From an uncultured Bacteroides sp. (GTDB lineage: Bacteria > Bacillota > Clostridia > Lachnospirales > Lachnospiraceae), in the NCBI GenBank assembly GCA_964563955.1, contig CAZLZH010000002.1, forward strand, positions 12,517-76,516: DNA of 64,000 bases. Direction: 5' to 3'. A model generated the notes under the pieces. That model had not been told where the DNA came from. It made no database searches and saw nothing but the letters and a program-made list of their open reading frames with translations. A program made the translations under genes and the position numbers. Each line of letters begins with the position of its first letter. Within the stretch, counting starts at the first letter, position 1. Of this stretch, positions 39,301-47,387 are shown piece by piece.

Positions 39301-39349
39301 CTCCATACCCCGCAGCTTCCTGTGTTTTCCTAAAATTTATATTCTCCAT
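36344..39349 (-). CDS. Large acidic protein (about 1000 aa) with FliK-like C-terminal domain (DUF6240-like)
   Basis: C-terminal YQLPVETTDGTKIVNLTL...IQIRMNHEKYESLSADISL resembles the FliK hook-length-control C-domain pattern. Start set at MENINF (39349, RBS GAGGGA). Confidence 0.55.
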   Translation of the reverse strand: MENINFRKTQEAAGYGVYEDMRKQGNHAASIGDVDAFDAVEQVQYKQDISASKNTETVMNNFEEYRRDMQEKAKAEQKNAAQDEHEANEEAKEIAKNITSEEIEQLRMMGIDVDSASLSDLMDIVNHMRREAHKEAFEQTLAQAKVQSGDYDNLMITGSGVQTAGGEVEINNVDVMDVVMDETSEVSVENRDIMYLLKNQLPLNRENLYKAHFSGQHVVEPSEQTLPDGMEEQLKKVILQAGIPVDDVSMNGAKQMLLEDIPVTTDTMRQYMQLREYEGRDISEIAPADVQVQSEQETLFQQARELCQMVWSIDAETIAGMVQENQPISIASAYAYQMKRIATGDWKEESEAFDIAAHPATEQELRAITAMRQMEEIRLSMTEQAAGRMLKADINIDTRELSQVVAELRTVERQLTRELFARKNVAFTDENVNIYREMQQSLRTIGEAPAERLGRLLKTDVSFTTRNVAEVVGRVETGESAEALSGMRIQREFAQAERSYETVGTAPRADMGDSIRKAFGNIEELLQEMDLPVTEEHVRAVRILGYNSIAITEDSVQQVMEYDRQVNDLMDACYPEAVLGMIRDGINPLDMPIEELNATLRQKQYHAGVTEAENFATYLRDMEKQGDLSAEERESYIGIYRMLNKLAKSGDREAGYLFANGSRLTVRNLLTAMRSRKAAGLDVAVDDSFGMLTNIESAGKKIDAQIERAFSNSWEALASEPEFEEAEQLLQTLEMEESAVNMKAAVLLLQDMPEHTQTQDGFYDLVSDILKKLKFRDETEEELIDQETGAMAESMTGEDIPVSFSADNLLQILEQQGDLSLTYADMREQLTELLYQNASYAAVNSGDVQSAKVIQAGFHILGKMAEKNQYQLPVETTDGTKIVNLTLIHDMEQAGTIQIRMNHEKYESLSADISLDADGVVYGEVLAGTSDGNAALLAHTADYLDDLAKNGYPEARISFGQRQLSQEQRQLQTEQKDGASNRKLMETAVFFVKALAALSDI
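36348..36376 (-). promoter_or_regulatory. Sigma-28 promoter of flagellin 2, embedded in the last codons of the upstream gene
   Basis: GTTAAG-N16-CCGATATATAAAAT; the CCGATATATAAAAT tract is identical to that of the flagellin 1 promoter. Confidence 0.75.
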
Positions 39350-39398
39350 ACACGTTCCCTCATAAACTTTAATATTTAGCAATTTCAACCTATAATAA

Positions 39399-39426
39399 TT
39401 ATCGGTAACCGGTAAAAATAAATAAA
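39399..39426 (-). promoter_or_regulatory. Possible sigma-28 promoter of the FliK-like gene
   Basis: Good -10 (ACCGATAA) but poor -35 (TTTAT). Confidence 0.35.
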
Positions 39427-39443
39427 GTCAGTGTTTGCCAAAA

Positions 39444-39477
39444 AAATAATACCTATGACAGACCCTTCCATCATAGG
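39444..39477 (-). terminator. Intrinsic terminator after the aldose epimerase gene
   Basis: CCTATGA-loop-TCATAGG followed by TATTATTTTTTT on the minus strand. Confidence 0.65.
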
Positions 39478-39513
39478 CATTATCTTAAATCCTGCTACAC
39501 TGATATTCACGTA

Positions 39514-40515
39514 TTATGATGTGTAAATTCTCTCGGTCAGTGTCTTCGATTCACCCGGTGCAAGCTCCGTATAACCGGACTCCTCATGAGGAACCGGTTG
39601 GTTCGGCGCATCAATAATCCATGTGCATGGCTCCGGGCAAAAATATCCCTTGTCGCCGCGGTCGTTCCATACAATCCAGAATTTGAAATCCTGACAAACC
39701 TCATAGCAGATACGCTTGCCGGTTGCCGCATCGGTTGCAACTGCTCCATAAAACGGCTTGCCATCCATGCTTCCTTCCTCCGCAAAGAATACGTCGTTGT
39801 CGATATCATGCAAAACCGGGACCTGGGAACCGGTCAGATACTGTCTGTCATGATTTGTCTCAGGAAGCATGTCTCCTGTCGGAATACAGGATTTGGAAAG
39901 CTCCCATTTCTCGCCGACCGGCAAATAAAGCCGCATATCCAGACCATTTCCATCCTTCGTAAATGGTCCGTTCATCGTCGTATGATTGCACACACCAAAC
40001 GGAAGCTGTTTATCTGAAGTGTTCGTCATCGTAAATTCATAATCAAGTCCTTCGTCTGACAATGTAAATGTAAATTCCGCCTTGAAGCTGACCGGAAATG
40101 TCGGATAAAACTCGTCCTTTTCATCATAAACATATGCGGTCTTTGCCACTGCTTTCGACTCCGATGCTTCCACACTCACAATCGCATGCTCACGCTTATG
40201 TAAAAACCCATGAATATGATTTCCAAGCGGATCATTAATCGGGAAATGATACGTCGCATCACTCACCTTCAATACACCGTTTGCAAGCCGGTTTGGAAGA
40301 TACAATGTCGGAAGCCCATATACCTCCGGACTGCCCTGAAGCTGTTCAATCGAAAGCTCCGGATCATATCGAAAAACTTCAATCTCATTTTCAGTATCCT
40401 GCATTCGGATTACATTGCTGCCCAAAAATGGTGCAACAATTGCCTTATATTTTCCGGCTACGAGTGCAATCGCTTCTTTTCCTTTATAATCAATTATTTC
40501 TGCGGAATAACTCAT
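39514..40515 (-). CDS. Aldose 1-epimerase family protein
   Basis: YGLPTLYLPNRL, HIHGF, CNHTT, FCPEPCT. Confidence 0.88.
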   Translation of the reverse strand: MSYSAEIIDYKGKEAIALVAGKYKAIVAPFLGSNVIRMQDTENEIEVFRYDPELSIEQLQGSPEVYGLPTLYLPNRLANGVLKVSDATYHFPINDPLGNHIHGFLHKREHAIVSVEASESKAVAKTAYVYDEKDEFYPTFPVSFKAEFTFTLSDEGLDYEFTMTNTSDKQLPFGVCNHTTMNGPFTKDGNGLDMRLYLPVGEKWELSKSCIPTGDMLPETNHDRQYLTGSQVPVLHDIDNDVFFAEEGSMDGKPFYGAVATDAATGKRICYEVCQDFKFWIVWNDRGDKGYFCPEPCTWIIDAPNQPVPHEESGYTELAPGESKTLTERIYTS

Positions 40516-40813
40516 GGTTTTTCCTCCTCCCTATACATTTTTCATTCATTTTTTCTTACAAATTAAATTACATAAAATATATCATATGGGGAAAACTATG
40601 TCTAGAACAAAACTGCACAACTGACAAGCTTTTTGCGTATGATAGAAACAGGCGACCATGCAACCGACCTCTTACACGCCTTTTGCAGATTTAAAATGAA
40701 TTCTTCCCTTGTTAATGTACAAATGTTACGGTTGCATTTTATGATAAACCCCAGTCCTTGCAATCATGCCTGCGACTGGGGCTACATAATCTATTACCAA
40801 AAAACAAATAGAT

Positions 40814-41155
40814 TTAAAGTTTAAATTTTATCTGGACAGGTTCCGACAGAGACTGTCCACCTTTTGATTTCACACTCGTTGTAATTGTAAGAAAATAGTA
40901 CTCATTTGTAGAATATGGCTCTAACGGCTGAACCTCGATAATTTCATTTTTTATGTCATATTTGATATGGGTTTTCAGCTTCTGATTCTGTGAATCCGTC
41001 ACATACATCGTATCCTTGTTGACGGTTTTCGGATCAAGCGGAATATTGAACCGGACACGCCATACAAAATTACCCGTCTTGAAACGAAGGTCCTGCTTGA
41101 CCTTATCTGCAAGCTGCGGTGGAATATCCTCTATGTCAATTAGATTTTTCGCCAT
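40814..41155 (-). CDS. Stand-alone Ig-like (SbsA/Big_5-type) domain protein without signal peptide
   Basis: VRFNIPLDPKTVN...IEVQPLEPY...YFLTITTSVKSKGGQSL beta-strand pattern. Confidence 0.6.
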   Translation of the reverse strand: MAKNLIDIEDIPPQLADKVKQDLRFKTGNFVWRVRFNIPLDPKTVNKDTMYVTDSQNQKLKTHIKYDIKNEIIEVQPLEPYSTNEYYFLTITTSVKSKGGQSLSEPVQIKFKL

Positions 41156-41273
41156 ATAACACCCCTCTTATCCTCTGGAACAACTGGAATTAAGGGTATT
41201 CTAGCATATTTATATCGAACAGACAAGAAAAATCGGGCTTCCTGTCTGAATTTTGCACATGCTTTTTCTTTAC

Positions 41274-41320
41274 ATCACAAAAATGTAACACTAAAATAAA
41301 ATTGTTACAAATTTATTACA
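41274..41320 (-). promoter_or_regulatory. Two WalR-box-like direct repeats upstream of the M23 peptidase
   Basis: TGTAAT-N5-TGTAAC (41304-41320, fits TGTWAH-N5-TGTWAH) and TGTTAC-N5-TGTGAT (41274-41290, 1 mismatch). Confidence 0.45.
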
Positions 41321-41332
41321 GGTAGGAGATGA

Positions 41333-42091
41333 ATGATGTTGAAACATAAATCAATTTCCTACAAAAGACAAACTATTTTAGCAATCGTAATTTTATGCAG
41401 CGGTCTTTTAATTGCATTGTTAAACAATGTACGGGAATATCCGACAATCCGGCTTCAAGAGCCACAGTATATGCTGACCGGTACGACGATGCAGAGTAGA
41501 AAAGATGTCGGTTCTTACTATGCGTCCTGTCAGACGATTTTAGACGACAATCTGTACGAGGACGAAATCGTCGTTGTCAATGAGGGAAGCGCCGGACAAC
41601 AGGAAACAACCACTTTATTTACGTATTTAAATGGCCGCTGCGTTTCCGAGGATGTCATTGATTCCCGCATCATAGTTCCGGCAGTCGCGCGCGAGGTACA
41701 CATCGGTACAAAAAAAAGACCTGCTTTTATCATGCCGGTCACAAACTATACTATCACATCTTATGTGGGACCAAGATGGGGAAGAAACCACAACGGCATA
41801 GATCTTGCCGTGCCGGTCGGAACGGATGTATACAGTTCTGCATCCGGTGTTGTGATTCAAAGCGGCTGGAATGGCGGCTACGGCATCAGCATCTATGTTG
41901 ACCACGGAAACGGCATCATTGTGCGATATGGTCATCTATCAGAAAGCTATGTAACAGTCGGACAAACCGTGTCCCAGGGTGAATTAATCGGACTGTCAGG
42001 AAACACAGGCAACAGCACAGGACCTCATCTGCATTTTGAAATGCGGTTAAATGACGAGGTCGTAAATCCTCTCGAATATGTATCCGATTAG
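41333..42091 (+). CDS. M23 family peptidoglycan endopeptidase (N-terminal anchor, G5-like segment)
   Basis: HNGID, YGHL, GNSTGPHLHFE. Confidence 0.92.
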   Translation: MMLKHKSISYKRQTILAIVILCSGLLIALLNNVREYPTIRLQEPQYMLTGTTMQSRKDVGSYYASCQTILDDNLYEDEIVVVNEGSAGQQETTTLFTYLNGRCVSEDVIDSRIIVPAVAREVHIGTKKRPAFIMPVTNYTITSYVGPRWGRNHNGIDLAVPVGTDVYSSASGVVIQSGWNGGYGISIYVDHGNGIIVRYGHLSESYVTVGQTVSQGELIGLSGNTGNSTGPHLHFEMRLNDEVVNPLEYVSD

Positions 42092-42092
42092 C

Positions 42093-42121
42093 AAAAAGCA
42101 TGGCAACTTGCCATGCTTTTT
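42093..42121. terminator. Bidirectional terminator closing the kinase operon and the M23 gene
   Basis: AAAAA-GCATGGCAA-C-TTGCCATGC-TTTTT. Confidence 0.85.
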
Positions 42122-42126
42122 ACATA

Positions 42127-42846
42127 TTATGCGACAAACACTGCCGCGGCTGTAAAATTATCATTATTCTTCGGTGCCCTTTTCTCAAGCAAAAGCAGCA
42201 TCCCCTGCAGCCATTCCTCAGGCGTGTGCGCCTGCTTTAAAATCGCTGCCATCTCTGCCTCATATACATATTCCCAAAAACCGTCCGTACATAAAAGGAA
42301 CGCATGAAATCCTTTTTCCTCCTCAAGTCTGACCGGTCCCGACACCTCCGGTTCCGCACTGTCACTGCCGATTGCCCGAACTACCTTATTCCGATCCTCA
42401 TGAAACCGAATCTGGCTCTGCGATATCTCGTTCATCAATACCGCCATCTGAGATACACTGTGATCTAACGTCTGTTCAAAAAGCTCCGCATTGCGAAACC
42501 GGTAAATGCGTGTATCACCCACATGCGCCCGCAATGCATTTCCATCCTCAAGCAGAAGCATCGCCATCGTCGTTTTCATCTCACATTCCGCTGTCTGTTG
42601 TTTTGTTACGGCAACATCGGCAAGATGAAACGCTTCGAGCACATCCTGTTTATCATGAAGCTGATTGTTTAAAAATTGCTGCATGACAATATCCGCCGCA
42701 CATCCCGATGCAATCTCTCCGTCTCCGCAGCTTCCGAGTCCGTCTGCGACAACAATACAGACAGCTTCTCCCAGCCGTTCCACACGCACAGTATCCTCAT
42801 TATAATTTCTGCCACCGCAGCCGGTGATTTTGGCAACCTCGACCAT
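42127..42846 (-). CDS. PP2C-family Ser/Thr phosphatase (soluble)
   Basis: GRNYNED, VADGLG, HVGDTR, LCTDGFW, DNFT. Confidence 0.93.
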   Translation of the reverse strand: MVEVAKITGCGGRNYNEDTVRVERLGEAVCIVVADGLGSCGDGEIASGCAADIVMQQFLNNQLHDKQDVLEAFHLADVAVTKQQTAECEMKTTMAMLLLEDGNALRAHVGDTRIYRFRNAELFEQTLDHSVSQMAVLMNEISQSQIRFHEDRNKVVRAIGSDSAEPEVSGPVRLEEEKGFHAFLLCTDGFWEYVYEAEMAAILKQAHTPEEWLQGMLLLLEKRAPKNNDNFTAAAVFVA

Positions 42847-42874
42847 ACAATCTCTCCTCTATCCACTATCCCGA

Positions 42875-45800
42875 TTAGTTCCCGCTTTCCTCTGAAGCCG
42901 GCTCCTCATAATAACGGACTTCCACATTCTCACCAAGCTGTGCCTGAAAATCACAGTCCTTCCGATATGTAACACTCTGTAACATACCGCAATCGCTGCA
43001 TACATTCGACGGCACATACGTCATATTCCGCGGGAAATAAATCTCCGTCAGATTTTCACAATAATAGATTGCATTTTCCTCCATCGTCGTTCCGCTTTCC
43101 GACAAGTCCAATAGTGTGAGATTATCGCAAAATGAAATTGCCGCAGTTCCGATTGTCTCAAGGCAGGAACCCTGTTCAAGCTGAAGGCTCGTCAGTCCGT
43201 CACAATCGAAAAATGCATATCCCGCAATCGTCTTTACGCTGGCAGGAATAAAGTATCCCCCCTGCGCTCCATCCGGAAAGCTGATAAGCGTCGTCATATC
43301 CTTCGTAAATAATACACCGTTTTTAACGGCAAAGGTCTGATTGAGTGTATCAACCGAAAAACCATCCGCCGCTATGTTGGTCGCAATTTTAGAACCAATA
43401 TTCTGCACGTTTGCAGGAATCGCCAAATGTGTAATCTGCGTATCATAAAAGCAGAAGGAATCAATCGTCGTAACTGCATTCGGAATCGTAATTTCCGCAA
43501 GTGATGTACAGCCGCCGAACGCAGACATGCCAAGTGTATTCAGACTTGCCGGGAGCTTTACATAGCTTAAGGCTGCGCAGTTTTCAAAGGCATAGTCATT
43601 TACCGTTTGTACATAAGAGCCAAGCACAATCTTTTCGATATTGCTCTCTGCAAATGCGCTTTCACCAATACCGACAACCTCGGTATCCTCAATCGTATCC
43701 GGCAGCATCAGCTCCGTTAAATCTCCGTTGTATCCGGTAATGACGACCCCGCTTCCATCCTCCGTGAAGTCATAATCCAGTTCATCCTCTGACGCATAAA
43801 TATAAAAATCAACATCTGACGGCAGACATCCCGGTTCGATATCCGTAACCGGTATGTCATCTATGATATACGGAATCCCGACCTCATTGTCGATGCCCTC
43901 ATAACCGCAGATGGTAATGGAACCATCCTTCTTTTTATAAAGCAGGCCATTTTCGGCTTTATACACATCCGCCTCGTCCGCCTCTAACAATCCGGTGCCA
44001 TCCTTATACGCCATATAAACCCGGCTTCCGGTATAGTTTTCAGCATCATTTTCTCCCTCGAGCAACCAAAGCTCCGTGCCCGATACGCAAATCGACAGGA
44101 AATATTTCCCATCTACAATTTTATTATTTCCGGTTCCGTCTTCGCGAATCTGGTACAGATTTCCGTCATCTGCCCCAACGTAATAAATCCATCCGTCACC
44201 ATACGCAAATGTGAAATGATTTACATCCATTTTCGCATCATAGACATTCTGTTTCAGTTCACCGTCCAGATTCAATTCGGATATTACATTTTCCTTATAG
44301 GAATACAAATATATCGTTTCATTCTCGATGAAACCATATGTATACAGCATCTCATCATCCAGAAGCTTTGCATGCTTTCCGTTTACATTGGACTTATATA
44401 ATTCCGTCCCGCTCTCATCGTTATACAATGTGTAGTATAATGAATCTCCGTATAGATTATACCAGCAGACATCATCGGCTACTAATGTCTCTACGGCATC
44501 CGTTGCGAGATTGTAACGCTGTAGATTCGCCGTCTCCCCATCCGGAGAACCCTCCACAAAATACAGATATTCCTCGTCATTGGAGAACTGGACATACTGC
44601 ATAAGCATAATTTCATTTAGTTCGTCATACAGGCATTCTATATTGCTTCCGTCATGGTTCATTTTAAACAGCGCGCTGGAATTATCGTTCCGCTCCGCAA
44701 AATAGATGACATCCTTACCTTCGTTGATATAGTACGCATTTTCCGCCACAATCACCGCTTCATCAACATAAAAGTAGCCGTCTGTCTCATCAAATTCAGA
44801 TAGTTTCAAATTTTGATTGTGGTCGAGGAAATATTCATATTCATTCTCAAGCAGGAGCAGGCCTCCATCATTTAATATATTGCTGTTTGAATTGCCAAGC
44901 CGTTCCACCGTGACACGCCATGGATTTATAATGACGAGAATAACGGCAATTATTGCACAGACGAGCGCTGCCGCAATCGGTATAATCACCTTCTTCGATG
45001 GCTTTTTCCGTTTTTTCTTCTCTGCATGCGTATTCGTTTTGCCGATTTGTTCCACCGCAACAGTCACATTGGCTTTACCATCCCCACTATAGGCTGCAAG
45101 TTTTGCCTGCAAATCCCCCATAGTCTGAATCCGCTCCTCTGACCGAATGGAAAGTCCAAGACGCAGTGTGTCAATAAAATTCTCCGAAATAAAATCACCG
45201 GACGGGGCAGGCGGAAAAACAAGCGGGTCATCCATCATCCGATCCATGGCATCCGGGATAACCTTTCCATACACACAATAATATATGGTCGCACAAAATG
45301 CATAGACATCCGTCCACGGGCCGATGGAGCCATGCTCCATGTACTGCTCCGCCGGACTGAAACCGTGCTTTGTGACAAGCTGCGATACACTGTCTTTATT
45401 TACACTTATATCCTTCGCCGCTCCAAGATCAAGCAGCATCATATGTCCGTCCTGCTGCATCATGATATTATCCGGACTGATATCCCGATGTATCAAGCCC
45501 TGCTCATGCACCTTCGCGAGACTCGTCATAAGCGGTGCCAGCTTTTGAATACATTCGCGATAAGGCATCGTACCGTTTTTCATCAGATATTGCTTCAACG
45601 TAGTCCCTTCAATAAAGTCCATGACAATATACGCGGTCTGATTCTCGTAAAAGGTGTCGCGCACCCGCACGATACCCGGTATAGAATCAAGCTTCGCCAT
45701 CTTTCGCGCTTCCTTAAGAAAGCTCTCACAGCCCTGTTTCCACTGTTCCTCCTGTCCTATAGAGGAATGCCACTGTAACGTGCTTCCTGTTATACTGTCT

Positions 45801-46054
45801 CTGGAAGCACTGCCCAGCGGTAAATATTCCTTAATGCAAACCTTTATGCTGAGCAGCAAATCAAATCCGATATAGGTGATTCCGAATCCTCCCTGCCCGA
45901 GCATTTTTCCGACAAGATATCTGCCATGCAGAACCGTATTACATTTGAGCGCGATCGTTGGCTGTGCAAGCGGTTGATTTTGGTCAAACCCACACTTCTT
46001 ACATATATCTCCCTCCAGCTCTTCCATACAATTTATGCAATGTTTTATCTCCAT
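42875..46054 (-). CDS. Membrane Ser/Thr kinase: Zn-ribbon, kinase, TM, DUF5050-like propeller, BspA-type LRRs
   Basis: CINC/CKKC; GQGGFG, IKEY, HRDISPDN, DLG, SPAE; TM VIIPIAAALVCAIIAVILVII; LRR_5 repeats such as IGESAFAES and VNDYAFENCAALSYVKLP. Confidence 0.9.
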   Translation of the reverse strand: MEIKHCINCMEELEGDICKKCGFDQNQPLAQPTIALKCNTVLHGRYLVGKMLGQGGFGITYIGFDLLLSIKVCIKEYLPLGSASRDSITGSTLQWHSSIGQEEQWKQGCESFLKEARKMAKLDSIPGIVRVRDTFYENQTAYIVMDFIEGTTLKQYLMKNGTMPYRECIQKLAPLMTSLAKVHEQGLIHRDISPDNIMMQQDGHMMLLDLGAAKDISVNKDSVSQLVTKHGFSPAEQYMEHGSIGPWTDVYAFCATIYYCVYGKVIPDAMDRMMDDPLVFPPAPSGDFISENFIDTLRLGLSIRSEERIQTMGDLQAKLAAYSGDGKANVTVAVEQIGKTNTHAEKKKRKKPSKKVIIPIAAALVCAIIAVILVIINPWRVTVERLGNSNSNILNDGGLLLLENEYEYFLDHNQNLKLSEFDETDGYFYVDEAVIVAENAYYINEGKDVIYFAERNDNSSALFKMNHDGSNIECLYDELNEIMLMQYVQFSNDEEYLYFVEGSPDGETANLQRYNLATDAVETLVADDVCWYNLYGDSLYYTLYNDESGTELYKSNVNGKHAKLLDDEMLYTYGFIENETIYLYSYKENVISELNLDGELKQNVYDAKMDVNHFTFAYGDGWIYYVGADDGNLYQIREDGTGNNKIVDGKYFLSICVSGTELWLLEGENDAENYTGSRVYMAYKDGTGLLEADEADVYKAENGLLYKKKDGSITICGYEGIDNEVGIPYIIDDIPVTDIEPGCLPSDVDFYIYASEDELDYDFTEDGSGVVITGYNGDLTELMLPDTIEDTEVVGIGESAFAESNIEKIVLGSYVQTVNDYAFENCAALSYVKLPASLNTLGMSAFGGCTSLAEITIPNAVTTIDSFCFYDTQITHLAIPANVQNIGSKIATNIAADGFSVDTLNQTFAVKNGVLFTKDMTTLISFPDGAQGGYFIPASVKTIAGYAFFDCDGLTSLQLEQGSCLETIGTAAISFCDNLTLLDLSESGTTMEENAIYYCENLTEIYFPRNMTYVPSNVCSDCGMLQSVTYRKDCDFQAQLGENVEVRYYEEPASEESGN

Positions 46055-46094
46055 ATCAGTGTTCCTTTCCTATCCTTCCAATTTCCGCTGACTT

Positions 46095-47363
46095 CTAACT
46101 GCCGCAGCTTAACGTCAGAATTTCCTGTCCGAATTGAATGGCAGCCCCATCCTTCCATTCATACCACATAGGAGGCTGTAAGCGCTGTCCGTTTAAATAA
46201 GTTCCGTACGTTGAATTTTCATCCTTTATAAAGACCTTCCCGGCTTCGTCCATATAAACCATACATTGTCTCCGGCTGACACCCGGCGTATTCGACGGAT
46301 ATTGAATATCACAGCTAAAATCCCGTCCAATTACACAGGTTTGACCGAGCTTTAAATTCTGCCTTCTTCCGTTCAGCATGCCCTGAAATACAATGCTCTT
46401 TTGCCTCGCTCCGCCAAACAGCTGCCGATAAAGCTCTGCAACAGACTGATACCGATCCTCCGGCATGGCTGACATGCCCTTTGTGATTGCCTGCGCGACA
46501 TTTGCCGGAAGTGTGGGACAAAGCTGTGTAATCGGGATTGTCTTGTCCGCCATAATCCGTTCCGGTGCTTTCGGCGGCAACACACCGGCAAGCGCATAAT
46601 ACATCGTGACGCAAAGGGCGTAAATATCCGTCCACGGTCCCTGATTCCCATTGGAGCGGTACTGCTCAAACGGTGCAAAATTGTGTTTTAATATCGTTGT
46701 AAGTCCATTCGGATTGTTGTAGCTTCGAAGGGAACCGAAATCGATCAGCTTCGCATGTCCATCCCTTGTCAAAAAGATATTGTCCGGGCTGATATCCCGG
46801 TGTATGAGATTTCTCTCATGAATCACCTGCAGGGCATGCATAACCATCTTCATATAGACGGACAGCTTCTCCCACGGCATCTTTCCGTATTTCAGGAGTG
46901 TGGATTTCAAATCCATGCCATCCAGAAATTCCATGGAATAATATGCCGTATTATTCTCCTCAAACAATCGGTATACGTTCACAATATCCGCTTCATTCGA
47001 AAAGCTATAGAGTGCCTGCGCCTCCTCAAGAAAGCGTTTTTTTACATGCGAAATATAATCCTCCTGCCCAAATACAATCTGCACGGTCACACCATTTTGC
47101 TCCCGTGTCATATCCTGATTCGGATAAAACTCCTTCACCGCAACACGCATGCCATTTTTCATATCCCATGCAAGATACGTGATTCCGTAACCGCCAACAC
47201 CTATTACCCGTCCAATATAATATTGCTGTCCCAGTATATGCCTTGCCGGAAGCGCCGTCGCCGGTCTGTTTGTATCCCAATCTACCGGTCTTTTGCAGAC
47301 CATACACGTATGCTGTTCAGTCGTGCCCGCCATGCAATATGTACATAAATGCTGTAGCTCCAT
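46095..47363 (-). CDS. Soluble Ser/Thr kinase with N-terminal Zn-ribbon and C-terminal FHA domain
   Basis: CTYC/CMVC; GVGGYG, VKEF, HRDISPDN, DFG, APFE; FHA IGRD...GVSRRQC...STYGT. Confidence 0.92.
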   Translation of the reverse strand: MELQHLCTYCMAGTTEQHTCMVCKRPVDWDTNRPATALPARHILGQQYYIGRVIGVGGYGITYLAWDMKNGMRVAVKEFYPNQDMTREQNGVTVQIVFGQEDYISHVKKRFLEEAQALYSFSNEADIVNVYRLFEENNTAYYSMEFLDGMDLKSTLLKYGKMPWEKLSVYMKMVMHALQVIHERNLIHRDISPDNIFLTRDGHAKLIDFGSLRSYNNPNGLTTILKHNFAPFEQYRSNGNQGPWTDIYALCVTMYYALAGVLPPKAPERIMADKTIPITQLCPTLPANVAQAITKGMSAMPEDRYQSVAELYRQLFGGARQKSIVFQGMLNGRRQNLKLGQTCVIGRDFSCDIQYPSNTPGVSRRQCMVYMDEAGKVFIKDENSTYGTYLNGQRLQPPMWYEWKDGAAIQFGQEILTLSCGS

Positions 47364-47387
47364 ATGGATTCCCTCTTATGTCCTATT

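Noticed and set aside
40600-40690. Purine- or c-di-GMP-riboswitch-like fragments (GUUUCUA, CGCAAA) on the minus strand
   Set aside because: The required P1/P2/P3 pairings and loop sequences do not form.
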